From NCBI GenBank assembly GCA_963668175.1, contig OY764159.1, positions 3,040,001 to 3,104,000 on the forward strand: DNA of 64,000 nucleotides. The letters are read 5' to 3'. Positions 40,254 through 49,514 of this stretch are shown one piece after another; the stretch's first letter is position 1, and each line of letters starts with the position of its first letter. The DNA comes from Syntrophales bacterium (GTDB taxonomy: Bacteria; Desulfobacterota; Syntrophia; Syntrophales; PHBD01). Both the position numbers and the translations under genes were made by a program. Under the pieces are notes generated by a model. That model had not been told where the DNA came from, did not search any database, and saw nothing but the letters and a program-made list of their open reading frames with translations.

Positions 40254-40323
40254 TATATCAAAAGTGACATAACTATTTAATTTAATTATACTTCTTGACT
40301 TGCCGCCGATTCCTGTATACAAT
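40254..40323 (+). promoter_or_regulatory. ModE-like box plus sigma-70 promoter of the Mo-enzyme operon
   Basis: TATATC-N6-GACATA(AC) at 40254-40271; TTGACT-N17-TACAAT at 40295-40323. Confidence 0.65.
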
Positions 40324-40420
40324 ATTTTCCGCAATAGATATTCCGGGTCGGGGCGGTTTCGCCGTCTCCCGGCAGGCAATATCGACAAGCTTACACTTAT
40401 TTGGACAGGAGGTACGTTGT

Positions 40421-43000
40421 ATGGAGCATCGCCATGAAATGGACCGAAGAGGTTTCCTGAAGATCGCCGGCGCCGTGGGAATCGGCGCGGCGGCAACCGC
40501 TTTTCCCTTCAGGAATCTTCAGCAGGCCTGGGCTTTTGGAGAACATCCCCAGGAAAAACCGTCATATGTATACAAGAAGAAAGTGCCGCAGGTTTGCGCC
40601 CGTGCCTGCGAAGCGGATTGCGCCTATTATGTCGTCATGGGCGTAGACCCGGCAACGGGATTGGAAAGGGCCATCACCCTGGAAGGCCGTCCGGAGGACC
40701 CTGTCTCCCGCGGCAAGTTCTGCATCAAGGGCCTCGGTTTCGTCGACTCCGTCTACGATCCCGACCGCCTCATGGTCTCTCTCAAACGGACCAACCCGAA
40801 AAAGGGAACGGATGAGGACCCCGGCTGGGTGACGATGAAGACATCCGACGCCGTAAAGGAAGTCATTGAGGGTCTTAAGAAGGTGAAACGCGAAGAGATC
40901 CTTTTCGCCTCGCCCGGCGACCCCTATACGAACCGCCTCTGCCTGTCGCTCGGTTCCACGAGAAGCGACCAGCGGACGGAATGTTTCGGCACCCACTACT
41001 ACATCAACTGCCTGACGCTGACGAACCCGCCGAATAAATACTACATGAGCACGTACACGCCGAGCCATCACGTCTGCGGCTACGATTACGACAACGCCAA
41101 GTACCAGGTCTGGTTCGGCTTCGATTCGTTCTCCAAGTGCGGCAAGGCGGGCATGCTCAATCACTGGGCGACCGGCAAGAAGAACGGCGCCAAGATCGTC
41201 ATGTTCAACCCCGTCCGGACCCCGCTGTGCGACGGCTACGCCAGCGAATTTCATACCATCAAACCCGGCACGGATCTGGCGGTGGCCCTGGCCATGATCC
41301 AGATCATAACTTCCGGCAAGAAATACAACACCTCTTTCCTGAAGAAATATTCGGATGCCGCAGCCCTTGTCGACGTCAAGACCAAGATGACGATCAAGGG
41401 TGAAAACGACACCTTGCTCGCCTGGTGTGTCAAGCACAAGAAGGCCGAACCCATCGACGAATGTCACGAGCCGGCCCTGGGCGGCGGCCCCTTCAAAGTG
41501 ACGATCGGCGGAGAGACGGTGAATGCCAAACCCGTCATCGGGCTCCTTGCCGAATCGGTCAAGACCTGCACCCCCGACTGGGCGTCAAAAATCTCCGAAG
41601 TTCCGGCCAAGTCGATCCGCAAGATCGCCCTGGAGTTTGCCGCCGCGGCGCCGCGATCCTTCATTCCGACCTACAAGCGCGATGCCGCAGGCCCCAACTA
41701 CGCCAACAGCTGGCGGCTCCGCCATGCCATCAGCGTCCTGAACACGCTGAACGGCGCCATCGATCATGACGGCGGCGTGCTCCTGGTCCACGGAGTGAAA
41801 ATTCCCTGGCTGGAAGAAATGTACCCGCCGGCCGTACCGTTCCCCGAACAGCCCGCCGAACCGGTGGACTTCCGGAACGAGTTTCCCGTCACGGACAACA
41901 TATACCGTAAAAAGGACTTCTCCGCCCCCGGCCATTACGGCATGGTGGGTTGGGGTCTCTACAATACGAACCGGGCCAAGGTCATTTTCTTCCGCAATCC
42001 GCACCGGGGGCTTTTCGCCATGATCCAATCCCAGATGCTGGAGAAGGCTACGGATAAGATGCAGATGGTCGTCGACTGGAACCTCTACCTGGACGACCTG
42101 GGCTACTTCTGCGACTACGTCATCCCGGCGCCGCATCAATTCGAGGAAGCGAAACTCGACACCAGGCTCTACTATCCCAAAAATCCCTGTCTCGTCGGCG
42201 GTGCCCCCATCCAGAAATCGCCGGGCGACCAGATCGGCTGGGGCGGATTCGCCATGGCCATCGGCCTGGCCATGGCCCCCAAATACTGGACCACCGACGG
42301 CAGCGAAGATCCCGCGAAGAAGATCTCCACCAATATCGGCGATGTGGCCGTTAAGAACACCGGCGCCGGCGATAACACGGGCGACTTCATGAATAAGGGC
42401 GCGTTCTGGATCGACAAGAAGCCTTACGAGGATTACAAGCAGCTCGGCGAGATCGGGTACGGCAGGCCCAACGGACGCATCCGGATGTACATCGACGAAT
42501 TCGTTCCCGTCGGCCACGAGCCCCTTCCCAAATGGGCCGCACGCTGGCATACGTCCACCGGTCCCTATAAGTTCTCTTTGCTTATCACCCGCGCGCCCTG
42601 GTATATGCATGCCGATCCCAACTTCGTGAACAACGCCGTTCTCAGGGAAGCGACCGTGAGAAATCACATGGACTGCGTCTGGATGAACCCGGAGGCGGCC
42701 AAGAAGCTTGGTTTGCAGGAAGGCGACATGATCATTCTGGAGAACGACCCCGCCTTCATGAAGGTCCTCCCCAGGCCCCAGAAAGCCAAGCTTCACTTGA
42801 CGAAACGCATCACCCGGCAGGATTGCATCCTGACCTTCCACGGCATCGGTCACCGCGCCAAGAACCTGAAGGTTGCTAAGGATTTCGGTTACCGTGACGG
42901 CGATCTCATCCCCCAAAAGGATCCCAACATCGTGAAGAAGCACGATCCCACCGGGATGGGCTGGGTGGAAGACGTCTTCGTCAGTATCAAAAAAGCATAA
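40421..43000 (+). CDS. Tat-exported Mo/W-bisPGD oxidoreductase catalytic subunit, Psr/Phs/Arr-related
   Basis: DRRGFLK; CARACEADC..C; YDPDRL..LKRTNPKKG.DEDP; IKPGTD; WMNPEAA. Confidence 0.88.
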   Translation: MEHRHEMDRRGFLKIAGAVGIGAAATAFPFRNLQQAWAFGEHPQEKPSYVYKKKVPQVCARACEADCAYYVVMGVDPATGLERAITLEGRPEDPVSRGKFCIKGLGFVDSVYDPDRLMVSLKRTNPKKGTDEDPGWVTMKTSDAVKEVIEGLKKVKREEILFASPGDPYTNRLCLSLGSTRSDQRTECFGTHYYINCLTLTNPPNKYYMSTYTPSHHVCGYDYDNAKYQVWFGFDSFSKCGKAGMLNHWATGKKNGAKIVMFNPVRTPLCDGYASEFHTIKPGTDLAVALAMIQIITSGKKYNTSFLKKYSDAAALVDVKTKMTIKGENDTLLAWCVKHKKAEPIDECHEPALGGGPFKVTIGGETVNAKPVIGLLAESVKTCTPDWASKISEVPAKSIRKIALEFAAAAPRSFIPTYKRDAAGPNYANSWRLRHAISVLNTLNGAIDHDGGVLLVHGVKIPWLEEMYPPAVPFPEQPAEPVDFRNEFPVTDNIYRKKDFSAPGHYGMVGWGLYNTNRAKVIFFRNPHRGLFAMIQSQMLEKATDKMQMVVDWNLYLDDLGYFCDYVIPAPHQFEEAKLDTRLYYPKNPCLVGGAPIQKSPGDQIGWGGFAMAIGLAMAPKYWTTDGSEDPAKKISTNIGDVAVKNTGAGDNTGDFMNKGAFWIDKKPYEDYKQLGEIGYGRPNGRIRMYIDEFVPVGHEPLPKWAARWHTSTGPYKFSLLITRAPWYMHADPNFVNNAVLREATVRNHMDCVWMNPEAAKKLGLQEGDMIILENDPAFMKVLPRPQKAKLHLTKRITRQDCILTFHGIGHRAKNLKVAKDFGYRDGDLIPQKDPNIVKKHDPTGMGWVEDVFVSIKKA

Positions 43001-43015
43001 GCGAGGTGAACAACT

Positions 43016-43717
43016 ATGAAAGAATATGCCATTCTGCTCGACAATACCTTCTGCACCGGCTGCAACACCTGCAGTTACCGGTGTGTCCAGGAGTTCCGAT
43101 ATCACGATCAGGCGGCGAAAGGACTTTTCCGGACCTTCGTCACGATCAATGACGAAGGCCTCTATCATAAACGATGCATGCACTGCCTCGATCCGCAGTG
43201 TGTCAAGAACTGCCCCGTCAAGGCCCTGACGAAATCCGATTACGGCCCCGTTCTCTACAGCAGGGAGACCTGCATCGGCTGCCAGATGTGCACGAAGGTC
43301 TGTCCTTTCCACATCCCGCAGTTCGACGAAGCGACGAAGAAGATCGTCAAATGCAGCCTCTGCGCCCATCGTGTAGGCGACGGCAAACAGCCCGCCTGCG
43401 TCGAGGTCTGCCCGACCGGAGCGCTGCAATTCGGCGAATACCAAGCCATCAAGGATCAGGCACTGAAGCTGGCCAAGACGAAGAAGCTCAACCTGTATGG
43501 CTATGAGGAAAACGGCGGGACCCATCTCTTTGTCCTCGCCAAGGAGAATTTCGCAGCGGCCGGCTATCCGAAGGTCGCCAAACGCAAGATCAACGTGGGC
43601 GGCGTCAACCTCGGTGACGGCCTGACCGTTCCCGCCATGGCGGCGGCCATGGCCGCGACCGGTTTCAAGAAACTGGCCGACCGCAAAGACCGGATCGCCA
43701 AAGAAGAAAAGGAATAA
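43016..43717 (+). CDS. Four-cluster Fe-S electron transfer subunit (FdnH/HybA/DmsB-like)
   Basis: CTGCNTCSYRC, CMHCLDPQCVKNC, CIGCQMCTKVC, CSLC..PACVEVC; NGGTH; hydrophobic tail. Confidence 0.92.
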   Translation: MKEYAILLDNTFCTGCNTCSYRCVQEFRYHDQAAKGLFRTFVTINDEGLYHKRCMHCLDPQCVKNCPVKALTKSDYGPVLYSRETCIGCQMCTKVCPFHIPQFDEATKKIVKCSLCAHRVGDGKQPACVEVCPTGALQFGEYQAIKDQALKLAKTKKLNLYGYEENGGTHLFVLAKENFAAAGYPKVAKRKINVGGVNLGDGLTVPAMAAAMAATGFKKLADRKDRIAKEEKE

Positions 43718-43734
43718 GACGTTTAAGCTACGAT

Positions 43735-43766
43735 GACGGGCGGCATGATCGTGCCGCCCGTCTTTT
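43735..43766 (+). terminator. Rho-independent terminator
   Basis: GACGGGCGGCA/TGCCGCCCGTC stem followed by TTTT. Confidence 0.75.
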
Positions 43767-43831
43767 ATTCCCGCAATGAGAACCCTATTCGTCCGGTTGA
43801 CGCCGAACCGGAATCGAGGTAGAATACATCC

Positions 43832-44470
43832 ATGACTGCAATGAGCAACACCGATCGACTGCCCCATATCATGGCCCGGGCCGGGATCTTCCGCCATCTC
43901 GCCGACGGCTTCAATTACCCGGATGAGGTCCTTGTCCAGGCCCTTGCGGAAGGCGCTTACGCTGCAAACCTGGCCGACGCCCTGAAACGAACCGGTCTCG
44001 ATGCCGCCGCCGGCATTCTGGCCGATGCCGCCCCCGAGATGCCGGCAAGCCAGATCGATCTGGAGAAGGATTATACCTGGATGTGTTTCGCTTCGAAGCC
44101 GCGGCAGGTCTACCTTTTCGAATCGGTCTACCGCGAAGGCAAACTCCTTCAGGAATCCACCTTTCAGATCGCCAGACTCTATTACGAAGCGGGCCTGCAA
44201 TTGAGCGAGGCTTTCAAGCTGCCGCCGGACCATATCGCCGTGGAACTCGAATTCATGGCGTTCCTCTTCTTCAATGAAGCCGAGGCCGTCCGCGAAGGCC
44301 ATGCCGAGAAGGCGAACCTGGCGGTACGCCTGCAGGGCGAGGCCTTGCAGAAGCATCTCATGCCTTTCGGCCTGTCCGTCGCCGAAAGAATGGAAAAGCA
44401 CGCCAGGACCGTTTTCTATCGAACGTTGGCCCGGGTTCTCCGTGCCGTTCTGGAAGGCCCGGCCGTTTAA
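43832..44470 (+). CDS. TorD/DmsD family Mo-enzyme maturation chaperone
   Basis: ESVY, PPDHIAVELEFM. Confidence 0.9.
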   Translation: MTAMSNTDRLPHIMARAGIFRHLADGFNYPDEVLVQALAEGAYAANLADALKRTGLDAAAGILADAAPEMPASQIDLEKDYTWMCFASKPRQVYLFESVYREGKLLQESTFQIARLYYEAGLQLSEAFKLPPDHIAVELEFMAFLFFNEAEAVREGHAEKANLAVRLQGEALQKHLMPFGLSVAERMEKHARTVFYRTLARVLRAVLEGPAV

Positions 44471-44778
44471 CGCAGCCGCCGTCCGGATCCTCCTTGCCGT
44501 ATCCTGCGCCGGACCTTGTTCCGTCTTCCGCCGGGGAACGCCGCCGGACACATTGATCGTTATTCCAGCAAATATTCTTTGGGTTTCCGGAATATTAACG
44601 CCGCGATGCCCTGTACTCCGGTATCCGGCATACCCCTTACACGTTTCCCGCCCTATGGCTTTAACGATCTTTATTGCATCTGCCGTTATTCCTGCTATAT
44701 AATCTACATCAGTCGTCATGATCGGGATGTCCCGATCGTGTTTGACCCCATCGATCATCGAGAAGAGACAGCCAGGCC

Positions 44779-47700
44779 ATGCAGGAAACCGAACGACCAG
44801 CCAAGACGAAAGCCGTCTCCCGCCAGCGCCCGAAAGACGAATCCTCCCGGTCGGCGAAAGCCGTCACGGCACGGATGCCACGGCCGGGAGAGAAAGGCCT
44901 TCGCAAAGAGCCGCTGCTGGCGAAGACAAGGGATACAGGGTCCGGGGAGCCGAAACAGTCGGCGGCGGAACTGGAAGCGATCTTCGCCGCTCAGAGCGAC
45001 GCGGTGCTTCTGTACGACACCGGGATGAACGTCAGGAAGGCCAACCCGGTTTTCGCGTCCGTATACGGTTTCGATCCCGTCGGTCTTAACGTCCGCGAAA
45101 TCATCAAACGGGTTTCCTGCCGCTGGCTGGACGGACGGCCGTTCGACCTGGCGGATCAGCCCACGCCGCGGGCGTTGAAGGGCGAGAAAATCACCGGGGC
45201 CATATTCCAGGTGACACGCGGCGACGGGTCCGAGGCGGTCGTCGAAACATCTTCGGCGCCGGTCCTTGCGGGAGGCCGCATCGCCGGTTCCGTGACGGTC
45301 TGGCACGACATTTCGGCCATTAAACAGGCCGAAAACGGCCTGAAAGAGAGTGAAGAAAGACTGCGTCAGACGCAAATCTTCCTCGAAGAAGTGACCCGGG
45401 GAGCGAAGGTGCTGATCGCCACGGTGGACAGAGACTTTCGCTACACCTACTTCAACGAAGAACACCGACGGGAATTGAAACGCCTTACCGGCCTGGATAC
45501 AAGGATCGGCATGAGTCTGCATGAGGTTTTGGACGCTATGCCGGACCAGCGCCTGGCAGCATTTGACGTGTGGGGACGCGCTCTCAAGGGCGAGACGATT
45601 ATCCAGACGATGATGTTCGGCGACCCCGGACGCTATCGGAGATGGTACGAAACCCGCCACACGCCGATCCACGATGCCGACGGCGTCATCGTGGGCGCCG
45701 GGGAAGTCACTTCCGACATTACGGAATTGAAACAGGCGGAGGAGGTTTCCCGGACGGTCCTTCAGCGCTTCTTCACCATCCTTTCCAGCATCCACAGCGC
45801 CATACTCCTCGTCGATCAGGACGACCGCATCGAATACGCCAATCAGGCCTTCTGCGACTATTTCGCCCTGCCGGATAAGCCCGCCGAGCTGATCGGCCTG
45901 ACCGCAATGGAAACAACGTCGAGAATCAAGCAAGGCTACCTTCATCCCGACAGGGAAGTCGCCCGCATCCGCGAAATCGTCGAGAAGAGAGAACCGGTCC
46001 GCGACGAAGAAATTGCCATGCGGGACGGCCGGACGTGCCTGCGGGATTTCATCCCCGTCGAAATCGCCGGGGAAATGCACGGGCGGCTCTGGCATCACTA
46101 CGACATTACCGGGCGGAAGCAGGCCGAAGAGGCCCTCGCGGAGAGCGAAAAACGCTACCGGACGGTGGCGGATTTCACATACGACTGGGAATTCCTGCTT
46201 GGCCCCGACGGCAGGTTTTCATACGTCTCCCCGTCGGCCGAGCGGATCGTCGGCCGCCGGATCCCTATGGACATAACGGCCAAAGAATGGTTGAGGCTGA
46301 CCGTTCACCCGGAGGACCTGGATAAGCGCCTCCTGCATCTGAAGGAAGAATTGGAAGGCCGGGGCCCCAGCGAGCTTGAGTTCCGTATCGTCCGGCCGGA
46401 CGGCGACGTCCGCTGGCTGCACCACGTCTGCCAGCCCATTCACGACGATCGGGGCGTCTTTCTAGGCAGCCGGGGCTCGAACCGGGACATCACGGAACGC
46501 CGCCATACCGACGAGAACCTGCGCGAAACGCGCCAGCGCCTCGAAACCCTCGTGGACAGCATCTCCGACGGCTTCTACGCCCTGGATCGGGATTGGCGTT
46601 TCACCCATGTCAACGACGCGGCCCTCTCCCACATGGGCAGAACGAAGGAAAACGTTCTCGGTCTGACGCTTTTCGACGTCTTCCCCAAAACCCGGGGCAG
46701 CGCCGTCGAGGAAGAATACCGGCGCGCGATGGAAAGCCGGGAACCGCGCCACTTCGAAAACCCGTCGCTGATCTCAGGGCGCCTCCTCGAAATCCACGCC
46801 TACCCGGGCCGCGATATTCTCAGCGTCATCTTCAGGGACGTCACGGAGCAGGAACGCATGGCGGCGGCCCTCAGGGAAAGCGAAGCGCGTTACCGCCTCC
46901 TGGCCGACACGGCCGGACGCCTGCTGCGTTCGGAAGACCCCCAGGCGATTGTGGAAGGCCTGTGCCGGGGCGTCATGGCGCATCTCGACTGCCAGACGTT
47001 TTTCAATTTTCTTCTGGACGAGCGCCAAGGCAGGCTGCACCTGAACGCCTGCGCCGGAATCTCCCGCGAAGAGGCCCGTGCCATCGAGTGGCTGGATTTC
47101 GGCGTCGCCGTCTGCGGTTGCGTCGCCCGGGATGCGCAACGCATCATCGCCGAGGATATCCAGAACACACCCGACGAACGCACCGTCCTCGTCAAATCCT
47201 ACGGCATCCAGGCCTACTGCTGCCACCCCCTCATGGCGCAGGACCGCCTCATCGGCACCCTCTCCTTCGGCACGAAGACGCGGCCGCATTTTACCCCCGA
47301 GGAAGTGGAAGTGATGCGCACGGTCGCGGACCAGGTCGCCGTGGCCATGCAGCGCAAGCAGGCCGAACGCTACCTCCAGGAAGCAAACGACGAACTGGAG
47401 CGGCGCGTTACTGAAAGAACGCAAGAGCTGCAGGCCGCATCCGTCTATACGCGACGCCTTATCGAAACCAACCTCGATCCCCTGGTGACGATCAGCGCGG
47501 AAGGGAAGATTACGGACGTCAACGCCGCCACGGAGCTTGCCACGGGCCACTCTCGAAGCGAACTTCTCGGCTCTGACTTTTGCGATTATTTCACCGAGCC
47601 GGAAAAGGCAAGGATCGGATACACAAGAGTCTTCCTCGAAGGATTTGTCCGGGACTACTCCCTGGCCATCCGGCACCGGTCCGGGCGGATCACCGAGGTC

Positions 47701-48591
47701 ATCTATAACGCCTCGGTTTACAAAAACGAGAAGGGAGAGATCCTGGGGGTCTTCGCCGCGGCGCGCGACGTGACGGAATTGAGGCAGGCCCAGCTCGAGC
47801 TGCGCCAGTCCTACGAGGAATTGGAGCGACGTGTCGAAGAGCGGACCGCCGACCTGAAAGTGAGGACGGAACAGCTGGAGGCGGCCAACAAGGAACTGGA
47901 GAGCTTCAGCTATTCCATCTCCCACGACCTCCGCGCCCCCCTCCGGGCCATCGACGGTTACGCCCGCATGCTCCTCAAAAAACACGGGGATTCGTTCGAC
48001 GAGGAATCGTCCCGCCGCTTCAATACCATCCGCAGCAACGCCCAGATGATGGGTCAGCTCATCGACGATCTCCTCTCCTTCTCCCGCCTGAGCAGGGCGC
48101 GCCTCTCCCTGGCGGACCTGGACATGACGGGTCTGATCGCGGAGGTGTGGGGGGAATTGACGGAAAACAGCGAACGCCGTCCCGAATTTCTGTACGACGG
48201 CATTCCCCCGTGCATGGGCGACCGGGCGCTCATCAGACAGGTCCTTTCAAACCTTCTGTCCAATGCCGTCAAGTTCTCGTCCAAAAACGACCGGGCTTGC
48301 ATAGAGATGGGCGGCCGGCGGCAGGGTAGCGAAAACGTCTACTACGTCAGGGACAACGGCGTGGGTTTCGACATGCAGTATCACGACAAGCTCTTCGGCG
48401 TCTTCCAGCGCCTCCACGGGGCCGACGAATTCGAAGGCACGGGCGTGGGGCTCGCCATCGTCCAGCGGATCGTCCATAGGCACGGCGGCCGCGTCTGGGC
48501 CGAATCGAAGGAGAACGAAGGGGCGATTTTCTTCTTTTCCCTTCCCGTATCGGATACGAAGCAAGACCCGTCGTGGGATCGCGGCGTCTGA
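44779..48591 (+). CDS. Cytoplasmic multi-PAS/GAF sensor histidine kinase
   Basis: About six PAS/PAC units, GAF (CGCVARDA), SYSISHDLRAPLRAI, NLLSNAVKF, DNGVGF, GTGVGLAIV. Confidence 0.92.
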   Translation: MQETERPAKTKAVSRQRPKDESSRSAKAVTARMPRPGEKGLRKEPLLAKTRDTGSGEPKQSAAELEAIFAAQSDAVLLYDTGMNVRKANPVFASVYGFDPVGLNVREIIKRVSCRWLDGRPFDLADQPTPRALKGEKITGAIFQVTRGDGSEAVVETSSAPVLAGGRIAGSVTVWHDISAIKQAENGLKESEERLRQTQIFLEEVTRGAKVLIATVDRDFRYTYFNEEHRRELKRLTGLDTRIGMSLHEVLDAMPDQRLAAFDVWGRALKGETIIQTMMFGDPGRYRRWYETRHTPIHDADGVIVGAGEVTSDITELKQAEEVSRTVLQRFFTILSSIHSAILLVDQDDRIEYANQAFCDYFALPDKPAELIGLTAMETTSRIKQGYLHPDREVARIREIVEKREPVRDEEIAMRDGRTCLRDFIPVEIAGEMHGRLWHHYDITGRKQAEEALAESEKRYRTVADFTYDWEFLLGPDGRFSYVSPSAERIVGRRIPMDITAKEWLRLTVHPEDLDKRLLHLKEELEGRGPSELEFRIVRPDGDVRWLHHVCQPIHDDRGVFLGSRGSNRDITERRHTDENLRETRQRLETLVDSISDGFYALDRDWRFTHVNDAALSHMGRTKENVLGLTLFDVFPKTRGSAVEEEYRRAMESREPRHFENPSLISGRLLEIHAYPGRDILSVIFRDVTEQERMAAALRESEARYRLLADTAGRLLRSEDPQAIVEGLCRGVMAHLDCQTFFNFLLDERQGRLHLNACAGISREEARAIEWLDFGVAVCGCVARDAQRIIAEDIQNTPDERTVLVKSYGIQAYCCHPLMAQDRLIGTLSFGTKTRPHFTPEEVEVMRTVADQVAVAMQRKQAERYLQEANDELERRVTERTQELQAASVYTRRLIETNLDPLVTISAEGKITDVNAATELATGHSRSELLGSDFCDYFTEPEKARIGYTRVFLEGFVRDYSLAIRHRSGRITEVIYNASVYKNEKGEILGVFAAARDVTELRQAQLELRQSYEELERRVEERTADLKVRTEQLEAANKELESFSYSISHDLRAPLRAIDGYARMLLKKHGDSFDEESSRRFNTIRSNAQMMGQLIDDLLSFSRLSRARLSLADLDMTGLIAEVWGELTENSERRPEFLYDGIPPCMGDRALIRQVLSNLLSNAVKFSSKNDRACIEMGGRRQGSENVYYVRDNGVGFDMQYHDKLFGVFQRLHGADEFEGTGVGLAIVQRIVHRHGGRVWAESKENEGAIFFFSLPVSDTKQDPSWDRGV

Positions 48592-48700
48592 GAAATCGTC
48601 CATCGCCGTCCGCGGACATTCCTCCATAAAACCGTACAGAACAGAACGGCACGAAGGCCTCTTCCGGCGGAGCATCGGCGAAACGCACCGCCGCCCCGGG

Positions 48701-48762
48701 TGGATACTTTGGACCCGGGCGGATACACCCGGCCGGATACATTCTATCCATCCATCTATCCA
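48701..48762. promoter_or_regulatory. Putative enhancer array (T/C)GGATA-N5-TATCCA
   Basis: CGGATACATTCTATCCA at 48734-48750 plus half or degenerate sites at 48701, 48720, 48757. Confidence 0.65.
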
Positions 48763-48842
48763 TCCGTGCGCCAGGAATAATCAAGCCCCTTCGGAACGCC
48801 CGCAGAACGGGACTTGCCGCGCGACAAGATTTTTCTTTCCTT

Positions 48843-48858
48843 TGGCACCGAGATTGCT
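48843..48858 (+). promoter_or_regulatory. Sigma-54 promoter of spy/cpxP-like gene
   Basis: TGGCACCGAGATTGCT. Confidence 0.78.
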
Positions 48859-48897
48859 ATAGTGTTTTTAGCAACCCAGCGAGGACAGAGTATCGTC

Positions 48898-49443
48898 ATG
48901 AAAAGAACCGGCCTGATGGCAACCCTATTCCTGTTGTTCTTCCTCTGTTCCCATGCCGGCGCCGCCGAATGGGGAAGGGGACGGGGCGGTCCTCCCGGCC
49001 AGGGAGGGGATTTTACGGCCATTACGGGCCTCAATCTTACAGCCGAGCAGATTAACGCCATCAAAGCCCTCAGACAGGCCCATCTCACGGACATCAGGCC
49101 CCTTCAGGACAAGATGATGGCGAAACGCGAAGAACTGAAAGCGTTGTGGCTTGAAACCTCCCCGAATCGCGAAAAGATCGCGGTCGCCCAGGAGGAAACG
49201 GACAAGCTGCGGATGGAGATGCACGACAAGATAGCCGTCTACCGCCTGTCCGTCTACAGAATCCTGACGCCGGAACAGCAGGAGAAGGTCCGCTCCGCCG
49301 TCGAGGAAAGGACATTCCGCCGCGGCCCCCGATGGGGGCGGGAACGGCAGGACCGTCCGGGAATGGGGTGGGGCCAGGAACAAGCGGATCGCCCCAGTCC
49401 GCGGCCCGGGCAGGATCGTCCAGACAGGACAGGATACCGATAG
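48898..49443 (+). CDS. Spy/CpxP/ZraP family periplasmic chaperone
   Basis: Signal peptide; two LTxxQ motifs (LNLTAEQ, ILTPEQ). Confidence 0.87.
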   Translation: MKRTGLMATLFLLFFLCSHAGAAEWGRGRGGPPGQGGDFTAITGLNLTAEQINAIKALRQAHLTDIRPLQDKMMAKREELKALWLETSPNREKIAVAQEETDKLRMEMHDKIAVYRLSVYRILTPEQQEKVRSAVEERTFRRGPRWGRERQDRPGMGWGQEQADRPSPRPGQDRPDRTGYR

Positions 49444-49514
49444 GGCATGATACCGCCGGATATCCCGTTAATGTCACGATACATCCGTGACAATAGTAAC
49501 CCCGCCGCAGCGCT

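Noticed and set aside
41585..44758. 1057-aa minus-strand ORF (also 15788-18178, 49896-52079, 22978-24657, 29928-31814, 59482-61194)
   Set aside because: Antisense shadows of well-supported genes, expected from high-GC codon bias; no recognisable motifs
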